The notes: a model not told the origin generated them from the sequence alone. Positions 11,410-21,598 are shown, counted from the first letter of the stretch. The stretch: 64,000 bases of DNA from an uncultured Candidatus Saccharibacteria bacterium (GCA_964617735.1 CAZTXT010000001.1:331589-395588), one strand, 5' to 3'. Translations and numbers: made by a program.

Positions 11410-13338
11410 ATGGCATGGGACGACGGTTTAAGCGCAGGAACATCGGCGCATCGGATTGCGGGATCAACCCATCGGCGTATTCGGGTTTTAGCGGGTCCTG
11501 GCACGGGTAAATCCTTCGCAATGAAGCGACGTGTGGCTCGCATACTTGAAGTTGAAGGCATCGATCCTACGCAGGTGCTCGCAGTAACCTTTACACGAGT
11601 TGCTGCTGAAGATATTCAGCGTGAACTTCTGTCCTTGGGTGTGACGGGCGCTGACAGGTTGAAAGCAAAGACACTCCACAGTCTGGCGATGTCGATACTC
11701 ATGCGTAATCATGTGCTTACCGCCTTAGGTCGAGTACCAAGACCTCTCAACAAATATGAACTTGAGCCATTATTGGCAGATTTGAGTAATACACACGGAA
11801 ACAAGCGTGAGCGTAAGCGTTTGATTAGGGCTTACTCTGCCGCATGGGCACGCCTACAAACTCAGGAGCCTGGGTATACTCGCTCTCCAGCAGAACAATC
11901 TTTTGTGGACGATTTGGTTGCCTGGTTACGTTTTCACAAAGCGATGCTCGTCGATGAATTGATACCGCATCTGTACCAATACTTACGAAATAATCCGGGG
12001 GCTCCAGAAAGAAACGAATTTCGACACCTGTTGGTTGATGAATATCAAGATCTAAATCGTGCTGAACAAGACGCCCTCCATTTTCTTGGGGAGAGCGGCT
12101 CTCTTTGCGTTATTGGTGACGACGATCAATCTATTTATAGCTTCAAACACGCACACCCTGAAGGTATTCGTGATTGGAGCACGGTGCACGCGGCAGACGA
12201 TCATGCAATAGAAGAGTGTCGAAGGTGTCCGACCACTGTCGTACGAATGGCGAACGCCCTCATAGCGCGGAACACTGATCGAATTGTGGGCCGTCTGATG
12301 ACCGAGAGACCAGAAAATGGCTCGGGTGAAGTTGTAATACGCCAATACCGGAGTGCCACACAGGAAACGGAGGCAGTTGCCGAAAGAATATCAGCGTTGA
12401 TAGCAAGTGGTATTGCGCCGAGCGAGATTATTGTTCTCACTCAACGCGAAGCATTTGCTACACCAATTTTTGATCAACTGAGAACGAAAAATATCCCAAC
12501 AAAATCCTATTACGCCGAATCGAGCCTCGACACATTGGAGGCCCAGGAGCGCTTCGCGACCCTAAAGCTCCTTTTGGATAACGAGGATCGAATCGCTTTA
12601 CGTTGGCTCCTTGGCTATGGGGCGGCGGATTGGAGAACGAATGCGTATCGACGTTTAATGAATTACGTAAGAGCAAATCACACATCTCCTTGGAATGCCT
12701 TAAATGCGCTGGTGGCAGGTACCGTCAGTGTTCCTTATACAGGCGCTCTCGTGAGTCGATTCAACGTAATCAAAGCTGAACTAGACTCGTTGCAGGGCGC
12801 GGCAAATCTGGATGAATTCATTTCGCGCTGGCTTCCAGAAAACCCCAATACCGCACTTCTCAGTGAAGCTGTCACTCAAAGCAAAGAAGGACTTGAAACT
12901 TCTCAAGAACTTTACGACGCCTTATACGAAGCGATCACGCACCCAGAAATACCATCTGAAGTTTCGGAAGTAAGGATAATGAGTCTACATAAAAGTAAGG
13001 GTCTGAGTGCCCCGTTCGTATTCATTGTTGGCTGCGTTGAGGGCCTCTTACCCGCATCGGCCGATCCGGATCTAACCGAGGACGAGCAAGCCGCAAAACT
13101 CGAAGAGGATCGGCGGCTATTTTATGTCGGAATTACCCGAGTCAAAGCCGACCCTACGGCAAATATAGTAGGGTATTTGGCCCTGACCTATGCCCGTACT
13201 ATGCCTGCGGCCGAAGCATATGTTAGTCAAATTACACCCTCTCAAACCGTAGGAGGAATGGCATATTTGCAGCCGACTCGGTTCATTGCAGAAATGGCTC
13301 CTCACGCCCCTGTGGCACAGACCAACACCCCTCTCTAA
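11410..13338 (+). CDS. UvrD/PcrA-family SF1 helicase (GajB-like size)
   Basis: AGPGTGKS, VTFT, VDEYQD, GDDDQSIYSF, SLHKSKGL and EDRRLFYVGITR motifs. Confidence 0.92.
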   Translation: MAWDDGLSAGTSAHRIAGSTHRRIRVLAGPGTGKSFAMKRRVARILEVEGIDPTQVLAVTFTRVAAEDIQRELLSLGVTGADRLKAKTLHSLAMSILMRNHVLTALGRVPRPLNKYELEPLLADLSNTHGNKRERKRLIRAYSAAWARLQTQEPGYTRSPAEQSFVDDLVAWLRFHKAMLVDELIPHLYQYLRNNPGAPERNEFRHLLVDEYQDLNRAEQDALHFLGESGSLCVIGDDDQSIYSFKHAHPEGIRDWSTVHAADDHAIEECRRCPTTVVRMANALIARNTDRIVGRLMTERPENGSGEVVIRQYRSATQETEAVAERISALIASGIAPSEIIVLTQREAFATPIFDQLRTKNIPTKSYYAESSLDTLEAQERFATLKLLLDNEDRIALRWLLGYGAADWRTNAYRRLMNYVRANHTSPWNALNALVAGTVSVPYTGALVSRFNVIKAELDSLQGAANLDEFISRWLPENPNTALLSEAVTQSKEGLETSQELYDALYEAITHPEIPSEVSEVRIMSLHKSKGLSAPFVFIVGCVEGLLPASADPDLTEDEQAAKLEEDRRLFYVGITRVKADPTANIVGYLALTYARTMPAAEAYVSQITPSQTVGGMAYLQPTRFIAEMAPHAPVAQTNTPL

Positions 13339-13344
13339 TTGTCT

Positions 13345-14511
13345 ATGAGTAAGGATGATTATTTCTACCAACACTTGCAGAAAAATACCCTAAAAGATAA
13401 GGATGTTTTTTTGTGGGCGGCTTTAAACATTGAAAATAGCTTTTCGGGGCGGGTTGATATTCTTACGACCGGGCTACACCGATTCTTTTTAGAATCATCG
13501 AAGTTAATACTGAATGCGATTAAGCTTTACGAAGAGGGGTTTTTTGATGCCGCCTTCTACAGCACACGCTCTGCCCTTGAACTCGCGAGAGTTGTTACAT
13601 ATTTCTCAAATGAGAATGAACTTCAGGATAGTGAGGAATATAAAAATTGGAGAAAAGGTGGAAAATTCCCTTTTGATGCAGCAATAAGAAAACAACTGGA
13701 AGCAAGTGGAAGTGTGTACACAGAGGTACACACAACATTGAAGGATTTCTTTGACGAGCAGAAGGATCGACTTTCATCCGTTCAAAAATATATACACAAG
13801 CAAGGTTATAGGACCTTTTATGAAAGAGGATTTACGAATCCAGAAAGGGATAAACAACGGCAGGAAGTAATTGCCGATGATTTCTACCAGTTTCTTAAGG
13901 GGACGTTGGCTGAAGTAGCTTTTCTACGTTTATGTATTGATCCGTTCCCAATCCTCTTACGTGATAGTCAGGTAATGTATAAAATTCATTTTCAAGGAAT
14001 GACGGAGCCTTTTAGTGACGATTTTGTTACTAAAATTATTGGAGAAAATAAAATCAAACTGTACCGTTCAACCGAATTTTACGTCTCGCATCTAAATTAT
14101 TTTAGCGACAACGAAGAACTTACCGAAGAGATGTATACATTGGTTAATAACCAATACTACGATAGAAAAACCTGGTCGATTATTCAACCGCAAGTACATT
14201 TACTTTCCAAAAACGACACCGCTGCAGTCAACATATTTAATATCTCAAATAAGATTGCGAAAATATATATGTTTGGCGGGTTTGTTTGGTACTTCAGTGA
14301 TGTTAATTCACCTGGAGACCATACAGGATTTTCTTCAGAAGACTTATTGAGGGTAAAAGAGTCAGAGATAAAAACTAACTCAAAATACAAAGAATCCTAC
14401 ATGTCTTATTTCAACTTCGACGACGATGGTTTATGGGTTGAGCACAACGAGCCGCTAAACAAACCTGAGATCATTGAAATCGAGAAAGTACTCAATCCTA
14501 AGGTTCAATAG
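13345..14511 (+). CDS. hypothetical protein, HEPN-like helical N-terminal domain
   Basis: AIKLYEEGFFDAAFYSTRSALE and SSVQKYIH resemble HEPN-family helices. It is AT-rich and starts 6 nt after the helicase stop. Confidence 0.6.
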   Translation: MSKDDYFYQHLQKNTLKDKDVFLWAALNIENSFSGRVDILTTGLHRFFLESSKLILNAIKLYEEGFFDAAFYSTRSALELARVVTYFSNENELQDSEEYKNWRKGGKFPFDAAIRKQLEASGSVYTEVHTTLKDFFDEQKDRLSSVQKYIHKQGYRTFYERGFTNPERDKQRQEVIADDFYQFLKGTLAEVAFLRLCIDPFPILLRDSQVMYKIHFQGMTEPFSDDFVTKIIGENKIKLYRSTEFYVSHLNYFSDNEELTEEMYTLVNNQYYDRKTWSIIQPQVHLLSKNDTAAVNIFNISNKIAKIYMFGGFVWYFSDVNSPGDHTGFSSEDLLRVKESEIKTNSKYKESYMSYFNFDDDGLWVEHNEPLNKPEIIEIEKVLNPKVQ

Positions 14512-14750
14512 TTACACTACCTTTTGTAATTTTAATCCTGGACTTAAAACACCCCATAAGTTCACGTTTCTCCGCTCCCGTACCTTCTTTCAGAATGTAT
14601 TTCGCGTAGGTCCGTTGATCAACTTCCTCATGTTTCGTCTTGGCTCCGGAGAACCCTAGTACGCTTCGTTGAAACTTGTTGAATCGTTGTAGTTCTTCCT
14701 CGAACTTGTATCTGATGCCCAGCTCGTTGAAATCGACCTTATCCAAGTTT
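14498..14750 (-). pseudogene. C-terminal relic of a recombinase-family gene
   Basis: RFNKFQRSVLG...RTYAKYILKEGTGAEKRELMGCFKSRI resembles, from memory, C-termini of CPR serine recombinases. No catalytic N-terminus is present. Confidence 0.5.
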
Positions 14751-14868
14751 ACGTACGAAAGGAAGCCGTGTTTTCGGTTCAAACTTCGGGACATCGTCCC
14801 CGTATTTGCAAAATTGATAGCTTTTGCTATCTCATTTTGCAAACAAGTTGAGGAAGCGGAGCTTCCGT

Positions 14869-14982
14869 GAGATTCGAACAGCGGAGCGGTGTTTCGCCAG
14901 CAGGCGAAACCGCGAGCTGGTGCCCAGACCGAGCCGAGTGACGACGAGGCGAGAGTTGCGGGCGAATCTCTCCTCCTCCGCC
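14869..14982 (+). repeat. tRNA-3'-end-associated structured element (Ser copy 2)
   Basis: GAGATTCGAA-CAGCGGAGCGGTGTTTCGCCAGCAGGCGAAACCGCGAGCTG...GGGC-GAATCTCTCCTCCTCCGCC. Confidence 0.78.
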
Positions 14983-15103
14983 CGAAGAAGAAAGTATCGG
15001 AGATATGCGGACGCATAGCAGCGAGAGGCGTTATGGGTCGGTTCTTGTACATAGAAGTTCAGCCAGCTTGAGAAAGCTTCGTACTAAATGTAATAATTAC
15101 GCT

Positions 15104-15526
15104 ATGGCAACAATCAATCCCTACATTAACTTCAATGGAAATGCTGAAGAAGCATTTAATTTCTACAAGTCAGTATTTGGCGGAGAGTTTACGAATATCA
15201 TTCGCTTCAAAGAACTCTCAAGCCCTGAGTTCCCGGTAGCGGCGAATGAAGCGGATAAGATCATGCGCATCGAGTTGCCGATCGGCAAAAACGTTTTGAT
15301 CGCGAATGATGTCCCGGAAAGCATGGGACGAGTGAACGAGAATGAAAACAGATCCAAGATAGCGATTATTACAGAAACTAAAGAAGAAGCCGATAAACTC
15401 TTCAAAGGTCTTTCGGAAGGGGGCAGCGTTGAAATGCCTATGGATGAAAGTCCTTGGGGTACCTATTTTGCCATGTTCAGGGATAAGTATGGCATCGAAT
15501 GGACAGTGGAGTTTAAACGAAACTAA
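15104..15526 (+). CDS. VOC/PhnB-family (glyoxalase-like) protein
   Basis: INPYINFNGNAEEAFNFYKSVFGG...WGTYFAMFRDKYGIEW. Confidence 0.9.
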   Translation: MATINPYINFNGNAEEAFNFYKSVFGGEFTNIIRFKELSSPEFPVAANEADKIMRIELPIGKNVLIANDVPESMGRVNENENRSKIAIITETKEEADKLFKGLSEGGSVEMPMDESPWGTYFAMFRDKYGIEWTVEFKRN

Positions 15527-15652
15527 TGGCTAACGGCAAGATGTGATTTTGAGAATACCTTTTGGTAGTTGAGGAAGCAAGAAAATCTATTTTCTTAGAG
15601 AGCATGCTTGGTACAAGATTCGATATTCCAAGAAGTGTGCTAGAATACCATT

Positions 15653-16057
15653 ATGAAAAAACCGAGCAAAGAAGAACTGAAGAAAAAACTTTCCGAAGAG
15701 GCCTATCAGGTTACGCAAGAGAAGGGGACTGAAGCGCCCTTCAGCGGGCAATACTGGAATAATCACGATAGGGGTATGTATCGGTGCGTTGTCTGCGGTA
15801 CTGAACTCTTTTCTTCAGATGCGAAATTCGATTCCGGAACAGGGTGGCCGTCATTCACCGATCCGATGAATCTCGAACATGTAGAACTCAAACCTGACAC
15901 TAGTCACGGCATGTTGCGAACCGAAGTCGTGTGCAGAAACTGTGGCGCGCACCTCGGCCATGTCTTTGATGATGGACCGGCGGAGAAGGGAGGAAAACGC
16001 TATTGCATCAATTCTGTCTGTTTGGAATTTGAAAAAGGAGACGAAGCGAAGCACTAA
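15653..16057 (+). CDS. msrB: peptide-methionine (R)-S-oxide reductase
   Basis: KFDSGTGWPSF, HLGHVFDDGP and RYCINS motifs. Confidence 0.97.
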   Translation: MKKPSKEELKKKLSEEAYQVTQEKGTEAPFSGQYWNNHDRGMYRCVVCGTELFSSDAKFDSGTGWPSFTDPMNLEHVELKPDTSHGMLRTEVVCRNCGAHLGHVFDDGPAEKGGKRYCINSVCLEFEKGDEAKH

Positions 16058-16121
16058 GAGGTTTTGTTCTTGTCCTGTTGTCAAGCCGCAGTCGCGGCCG
16101 CCGTTGTGTTAGAATTTCGTC

Positions 16122-17066
16122 ATGCGACCCTCATCGATCTTAGTCACCGGCTCCGCCGGTTTTATCGGCGGGAATTTCGTGCGCGTCTTTAAGCGCGAGT
16201 TCCCGCAGACAGCGCTGGTCGGTCTCGACATCAGGGAGAGCAAGAACGGCGAATCGGTTTTTTATCGCGGCTCGATCACCGACCCCAAACTTCTCGATGC
16301 GATCTTTACGCAGCATAAGCCGGAATACGTCTTTCACTTCGCAGCCATACCGCGCGTAACATATTCGGTCTTGCACCTTTCGGAGACGACCGAGGTGAAT
16401 GTTTACGGCACCACGGTGCTTTTAGAAAAGTCTCGGGATCATGGCGTCAAGCGATTCATCTTTTCATCGTCGTCATCCGTGTATGGCGGTGCAAAGAAAT
16501 TGCCGACCAAAGAGAGCGAGAATCCTCCCAATCCGCAGTCGCCGTATGCCGCACATAAATATGTGTGTGAGATTTTCTGCCGGCAGGCAGCCAAGCTCTA
16601 CGGAATGGACGCTCTCTCCCTGCGCTACTTCAATGTCTACGGGCCGGGTCAGTACGGGAACGCGCCGTACTCGACGGTGATCTCCGCGTGGCTCGAAGCG
16701 CTCTATTTTCCAAATGGTGAGAAACCCTACCTTGAGGGAGATGGTGACCAGTCGAGAGACTTCTCTTATGTTGATGATGTGGTGGCGGCTAATATCGCTG
16801 CGATGCGCTCTGAAAAGAGATTTGATGGGGATGTCTTCAATATCGGTGCCCAATCGCGCACCGATCTGCGCACCGTCAAACGATTGATCGAGCAGCATAC
16901 CGGGAAAACGCTCGATCTAGACCTCCGGCCGCCGCGGATAGGTGATGTGCAGCATACGTTTGCCGATATATCCAAAGCCTCGGAGCGATTCGGCTTTAAG
17001 CCAGCCTTTTCCTTCGAAGCGGGCCTCTCCCGGACAGTGGATTGGTTTAAAAACAGAACCCGTTAG
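16122..17066 (+). CDS. NAD-dependent epimerase/dehydratase
   Basis: VTGSAGFIG, SSSSVYG, YAAHK and LRYFNVYGP motifs. Confidence 0.92.
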   Translation: MRPSSILVTGSAGFIGGNFVRVFKREFPQTALVGLDIRESKNGESVFYRGSITDPKLLDAIFTQHKPEYVFHFAAIPRVTYSVLHLSETTEVNVYGTTVLLEKSRDHGVKRFIFSSSSSVYGGAKKLPTKESENPPNPQSPYAAHKYVCEIFCRQAAKLYGMDALSLRYFNVYGPGQYGNAPYSTVISAWLEALYFPNGEKPYLEGDGDQSRDFSYVDDVVAANIAAMRSEKRFDGDVFNIGAQSRTDLRTVKRLIEQHTGKTLDLDLRPPRIGDVQHTFADISKASERFGFKPAFSFEAGLSRTVDWFKNRTR

Positions 17067-17075
17067 CCATTTTCC

Positions 17076-17864
17076 ATGAACACCGAAACATTCGATCCAT
17101 CGGCGTATGTTAGGGAGAATTCCCGGCCTCTCTCCCTAACCCATAAAGGCCCGATCGGCCTGCGTTTGCGCTGTATCGACGATCGCGCGTCCGACTCGGA
17201 CGATTGCGACCGGCCGATAGCCATTCCGGGCGGCGGTTTGGGGCTCGTGATGGATGTGCTGGGAGCCTGTACGCTGCTACGACGCGCCGGCAAACACGTT
17301 TCTATCGAACCAAAAGAGGCGATAGCATTGGTCGAGCGCGCTATCGGATCCATCAACTTCCATACAGATGAAAAGAGCGTGCAGAATCATGGCGTCGTGT
17401 GCGGCGGGTGCGGTCACTGCAATGGAGCGCTCGTCGATCCCGTCAAATATCTGCTTTCGGAATCGGACGCGAGATTTTTTATGGAGAGCGGACTCGCCGA
17501 GCTCAAAGAAAAATTGAAAGCATCGGGTATCAAGCCGACAGTCTACACCGGAGCGCATGCGGCGGCGGGTGTGATGGTGGTGATGGGCGAGGATGTCGAT
17601 CTTCCCTCTGTCGGAGTGTCGGGCGAGCATGTGTATGTGTACCACCAAGATCTTCACCAGATGATCTTGAAACTGATCGCGCATGAGTTGCATCGGTCGC
17701 TTGCACATCATTCTCAACGTTTGAGCGAACAAGAATTAGAAACGGCGCTTGTGCAATCCGCACAACAGCGGCTTGCGGTCACACTCGAGAAACTCGCGAA
17801 AGATCTCCCGCAGTTTCTGGTGCACCGGAAGCCGGAGCTTGTTGTAACTACTCTCTCGCGATGA
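17076..17864 (+). CDS. carbonic-anhydrase-like protein (beta/zeta CDCA-like metal motif)
   Basis: RCIDDR...AIPGG, followed by HTD...CGGCGHC. Confidence 0.55.
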   Translation: MNTETFDPSAYVRENSRPLSLTHKGPIGLRLRCIDDRASDSDDCDRPIAIPGGGLGLVMDVLGACTLLRRAGKHVSIEPKEAIALVERAIGSINFHTDEKSVQNHGVVCGGCGHCNGALVDPVKYLLSESDARFFMESGLAELKEKLKASGIKPTVYTGAHAAAGVMVVMGEDVDLPSVGVSGEHVYVYHQDLHQMILKLIAHELHRSLAHHSQRLSEQELETALVQSAQQRLAVTLEKLAKDLPQFLVHRKPELVVTTLSR

Positions 17865-18337
17865 CTTCACGCATTTTTAAAGTCGTTCTACTTATAGGTG
17901 TGCTCACGACCGTCTTTTTATTTCTGTGGCCCCGTCCTATTCAGGCTCCGGTGACCTCTCCACTGCCCCCTACAGAGCCCGAAAAGGTAGAGATTTCCTT
18001 TAAAAATAGACAGGTTCAAGCGGAAATCGCCTCGACGACCCCCGAACTGGTGAGAGGTCTTAGCGGAAGGGATGCGCTTGCCCCTGATACGGGCATGTGG
18101 TTTGAATTCGGGTGGAAAAATAAGTGGGGAATTTGGATGAAAGAGATGCGATTCCCCATCGACATCATCTGGTTCGACGAAAATCTTTCTGTCGTGACCG
18201 TTGCCGAGAAAATTTCTCCCCAAACGTATCCGAAAATCTTTTATCCGACGAACGATGCGCGATTCGTACTCGAAGTGCCCTCCGGATTTGTGGAAAACTC
18301 GGGTTTGAAGGTGGGCGACAGCGTTTCGATGCGCTAA
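17861..18337 (+). CDS. DUF192 domain protein
   Basis: GLSGR, GMWFEF, WMKEMRFPIDIIW and FVLEVPSG motifs. Confidence 0.9.
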   Translation: MTSRIFKVVLLIGVLTTVFLFLWPRPIQAPVTSPLPPTEPEKVEISFKNRQVQAEIASTTPELVRGLSGRDALAPDTGMWFEFGWKNKWGIWMKEMRFPIDIIWFDENLSVVTVAEKISPQTYPKIFYPTNDARFVLEVPSGFVENSGLKVGDSVSMR

Positions 18338-18555
18338 AAATCTTTCTTCTTTCCAGAAAAAATATTTTTCGGTGGCAAAGCGCGCTTCTACTTGCGTTTC
18401 TTTTACCGAAGCTCTTTACATGATCGTGTTTTCGTTACCTTCATTGTTTTTAGGTCGGTTTCCCACTTTCATTCCATTCGCTGTGCGCTAAAATAGTAGA
18501 GCAAATTCTTTTTTTCTAAATCGTTTTCATTCTCAAGAAATATTTTCTCTGATCC

Positions 18556-21267
18556 ATGTCGCCGACAATCTTTATCAGCAAGCGCGATGGCACGAAGGAG
18601 CTCTTTAACGCTGACAAGATCAACCGCTCCATCGAGCGTGCCTGCGCAGGACTCTCCGATCCGGTCGCGATGGTGACGCAAGTTGCCACCGACACGCGTC
18701 TTACTCTCTATGATGGCATTACTACCGAGGAAATGGACAAAGCGACCATCAATGCGGCCGTACAAAACATAAAAGATGACATAGAATATGACAAAGTAGC
18801 TACCCGCCTCTTCCTCAAGACGATCTACCGACGGGTGATCGGGGAATACGATCTCGATGATCCTGCTGACCTTGCGAAAAAGCATCGCGCCGCATTCATT
18901 CGTTACATCCGCGACGGCGTTGCCAACCATCGTCTGCATGCATACATGGTGACGAAGTACGACCTCGAGCGGCTCGCGGATGCGCTGATGCTTGACCGCG
19001 ATGATCTGTTCCTCTACTCGGGAGTGGACACCCTGATGAATCGCTATGCGATCAAAGATGAGAACCAGCAGCCGACCGAGACGCCGCAGTTTCTGTTCAT
19101 GCGTATCGCGATGGGGCTCTCTTATCACGAAGCCGATCCGACTGCGCAGGCGATCCGCTTCTATGACAAGATGTCCAAGCATGAATATATCGCCGGCGGT
19201 TCGACGAATGTCGCAGCGGGCACGATGCGTCCGGCGCTCTCCAACTGTTTTCTACTTGAGATTCACGATGACATGGATCACATCGCGAAGTCGGTATCCG
19301 ACATCATGCTTCTCTCCAAGGGTTCGGGCGGCATCGGTGCATCATTAACCAAATTGCGCGCGGCCGGCTCTCCCCTGAAGTCGAATTTTGGTGGTGCGTC
19401 CACTGGACCTACTCCATTCGCGAAGATCATCGACACCGCGATACGCGCGATCCAGCGCGGCGGCAAGAAAAAAGGCGCGCTCTGTTTTTACATGGAGAAC
19501 TGGCACCTGGATTTTCCTGAATTCATTGATTGGAAGCACAATGCGGGCGATGACTACATGCGCATGCGCACCGCGAATACCGCCGTGTTCCTCTCCGATG
19601 AGTTTATGAAGCGCGTCGTGGGTGGGCAAGACTGGTATATGTTCGATCCGGCCGAAGCAGGTGAACTCAACGAGCTTTACGGCTCGGCGTTTTCCGAGAA
19701 ATACAAGGAGTATGTTGCGAAAGCGGAGCGCGGCGAACTGCGTGTGTACAAAAAAGCGCCGGCCCGGGAGCAATTCCGGCAGATTCTGGTTTCTCTGCAG
19801 TCAACGTCGCATCCGTGGCTGACGTGGAAGGACCCCATGAACCTCCGGGCGCTCAACAATAACACCGGTACGATCCATATGTCGAATCTCTGCACCGAGA
19901 TCTGTTTGCCGCAAGACAGAAACAACGTTGCCGTTTGTAACTTGATCTCAATAAACCTTGCTAAGCATGTCTACAATCGTGAGATGAACTGGGCGAAGCT
20001 CGAAGAATCGGTACGACTTTCCGTGCGGCAACTCGATAACCTGATCGACATCAACCAACTCGCGATCCCCGAAGCACGCCGTTCGGATTCCGAGAATCGC
20101 GCGATCGGGCTCGGGGTGATGGGATTTTCGGATACAATCGAGCAGTTCGGTATGAGCTACGACAGCACGCATGCGCACGATTTTGCCGACCGGATTTTTG
20201 AATTCATCAGCTACATGGCGATCGACGAGAGCGCGAACCTCGCCCGCGAGCGCGGTGCGTACAAGAATTTCCCCGGCTCACGCTGGTCCTTGGGCATGGT
20301 ACCGTTCGACACTATCCAAGTTCTTGAAGATGACCGCGCCCGTCCCGTAACCGTATCGCGGGAGAGCAAACACAAAGGACTCAACTGGGATCTGCTTCGT
20401 GCGAAAGTGAAGTCAGGTATCCGCAACGCAACCCTGATGGCGGTGGCACCGAACGCGAACATCGGACTGGTCGCCGGCACGACGCCGGGCATCGATCCGC
20501 GGTTTGCACAGGTCTTCTCGCGCAACAAAATCTCCGGCAAGTACATCGATATCAACCATAATCTTGTCAAAGATCTTAAAAATATGGGACTGTGGGACAA
20601 GGTGAGGCACGCGATCATCGAAAGTCAAGGAGACATATCGTTGATCGAGGGAATCCCCGAGCACATCAAGGGAATGTACAAAACATCGTTCACAACCTCG
20701 CCGTATGCATTTATCGAAGTTGCCGCACGTGCACAGAAATGGGTTGATCAAGGGCTCTCGCGCAATATGTACCTTGAGACGCGTGACATCGACGAGACGA
20801 TGCAAATTTACACGGCCGCGTGGGAGAAAGGCGTCAAGACTACCTATTACTTACACATGAAGCCACGCCATACCGCCGAGCAGAGTACCGTGCGTGTCAA
20901 CAAAGCAGAGAAGATCGGCAAGATCGGTTTCGGAGCCGTTGCGGCGAAGATGGCTGAACGGAAGCTCGGCTTCGCAGCGCCTTTACAAAAGTCCCTTGAA
21001 ATAGAGACGCCGGTTGAAATCCCGGTCGCTAAGCCTGCGTCTCTCCCACAGGCGGTAAAAATCGAGGAAGTGATCTCGGTAGCGGTTCCAGTTGCGGCGG
21101 CTGCGCCAGCTATAGAGGCAGTTCCGGTGACCGTTCAGCCGCGCCCGAAGCTTACGCCAGAGCAGGTTCAGGAGTTATTGAAAGATTTTGGGAAGAAACC
21201 GATACACAATCCTGGAGATGGTCCGGTGGATCCGGGGGCAGACAATATTTGCATCGGTTGCGAATGA
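18556..21267 (+). CDS. nrdA: class I ribonucleotide reductase alpha subunit with ATP cone
   Basis: ISKRDG ATP cone, LSNCF, SNLCTEI, VCNL, KTTYY and C-terminal CIGCE motifs. Confidence 0.96.
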   Translation: MSPTIFISKRDGTKELFNADKINRSIERACAGLSDPVAMVTQVATDTRLTLYDGITTEEMDKATINAAVQNIKDDIEYDKVATRLFLKTIYRRVIGEYDLDDPADLAKKHRAAFIRYIRDGVANHRLHAYMVTKYDLERLADALMLDRDDLFLYSGVDTLMNRYAIKDENQQPTETPQFLFMRIAMGLSYHEADPTAQAIRFYDKMSKHEYIAGGSTNVAAGTMRPALSNCFLLEIHDDMDHIAKSVSDIMLLSKGSGGIGASLTKLRAAGSPLKSNFGGASTGPTPFAKIIDTAIRAIQRGGKKKGALCFYMENWHLDFPEFIDWKHNAGDDYMRMRTANTAVFLSDEFMKRVVGGQDWYMFDPAEAGELNELYGSAFSEKYKEYVAKAERGELRVYKKAPAREQFRQILVSLQSTSHPWLTWKDPMNLRALNNNTGTIHMSNLCTEICLPQDRNNVAVCNLISINLAKHVYNREMNWAKLEESVRLSVRQLDNLIDINQLAIPEARRSDSENRAIGLGVMGFSDTIEQFGMSYDSTHAHDFADRIFEFISYMAIDESANLARERGAYKNFPGSRWSLGMVPFDTIQVLEDDRARPVTVSRESKHKGLNWDLLRAKVKSGIRNATLMAVAPNANIGLVAGTTPGIDPRFAQVFSRNKISGKYIDINHNLVKDLKNMGLWDKVRHAIIESQGDISLIEGIPEHIKGMYKTSFTTSPYAFIEVAARAQKWVDQGLSRNMYLETRDIDETMQIYTAAWEKGVKTTYYLHMKPRHTAEQSTVRVNKAEKIGKIGFGAVAAKMAERKLGFAAPLQKSLEIETPVEIPVAKPASLPQAVKIEEVISVAVPVAAAAPAIEAVPVTVQPRPKLTPEQVQELLKDFGKKPIHNPGDGPVDPGADNICIGCE

Positions 21268-21272
21268 GGCTC

Positions 21273-21401
21273 GGGAGGTTATTTTGAAAGACCGGAAAAA
21301 TCCCCCAGCGGGGATTTTTCCTAATCCGCTCGGCTCGCTCTCAGGTGCCCAGGATAGGGCACCTGAACCGGCCTCCTCGCCGTCTTTCAAAATAACCTCC
21401 C
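21273..21401 (+). repeat. palindromic MITE/REP-like element, copy 1
   Basis: Perfect 20-bp terminal inverted repeat GGGAGGTTATTTTGAAAGAC. A homologous copy lies at 51427-51552. Confidence 0.85.
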
Positions 21402-21598
21402 TCGCTTTGAGGGTTTATACAAGTAATTTGTGCGCGTTTTTCAATTGCGACGGTTAAGTAAAGATGCTACTATTTCAATCACTATGAAAGTTCAGAAGTT
21501 ACTGGAGATGCTTTCTGAGCGGAATAATAATTTTATCTTTTATAGCCTCTTTGTTTTCTCGGTCATAATTTATTACTCCTAATTCTTAACCCATTCCC

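Larger units (their letters stand above)
11102..15578. mobile_element. accessory island at tRNA-Ser(GGA)
   Basis: The tRNA 3' end is repeated at 11290-11306 and 14964-14980. A ~55-bp direct repeat spans 11289-11343/14963-15017 and a 28-bp repeat spans 11101-11128/15540-15567. Cargo is partly AT-richer and includes a recombinase relic. Confidence 0.8.

Noticed and set aside
11410-13338. Gabija system
   Set aside because: No GajA (ABC ATPase-TOPRIM) gene is adjacent.
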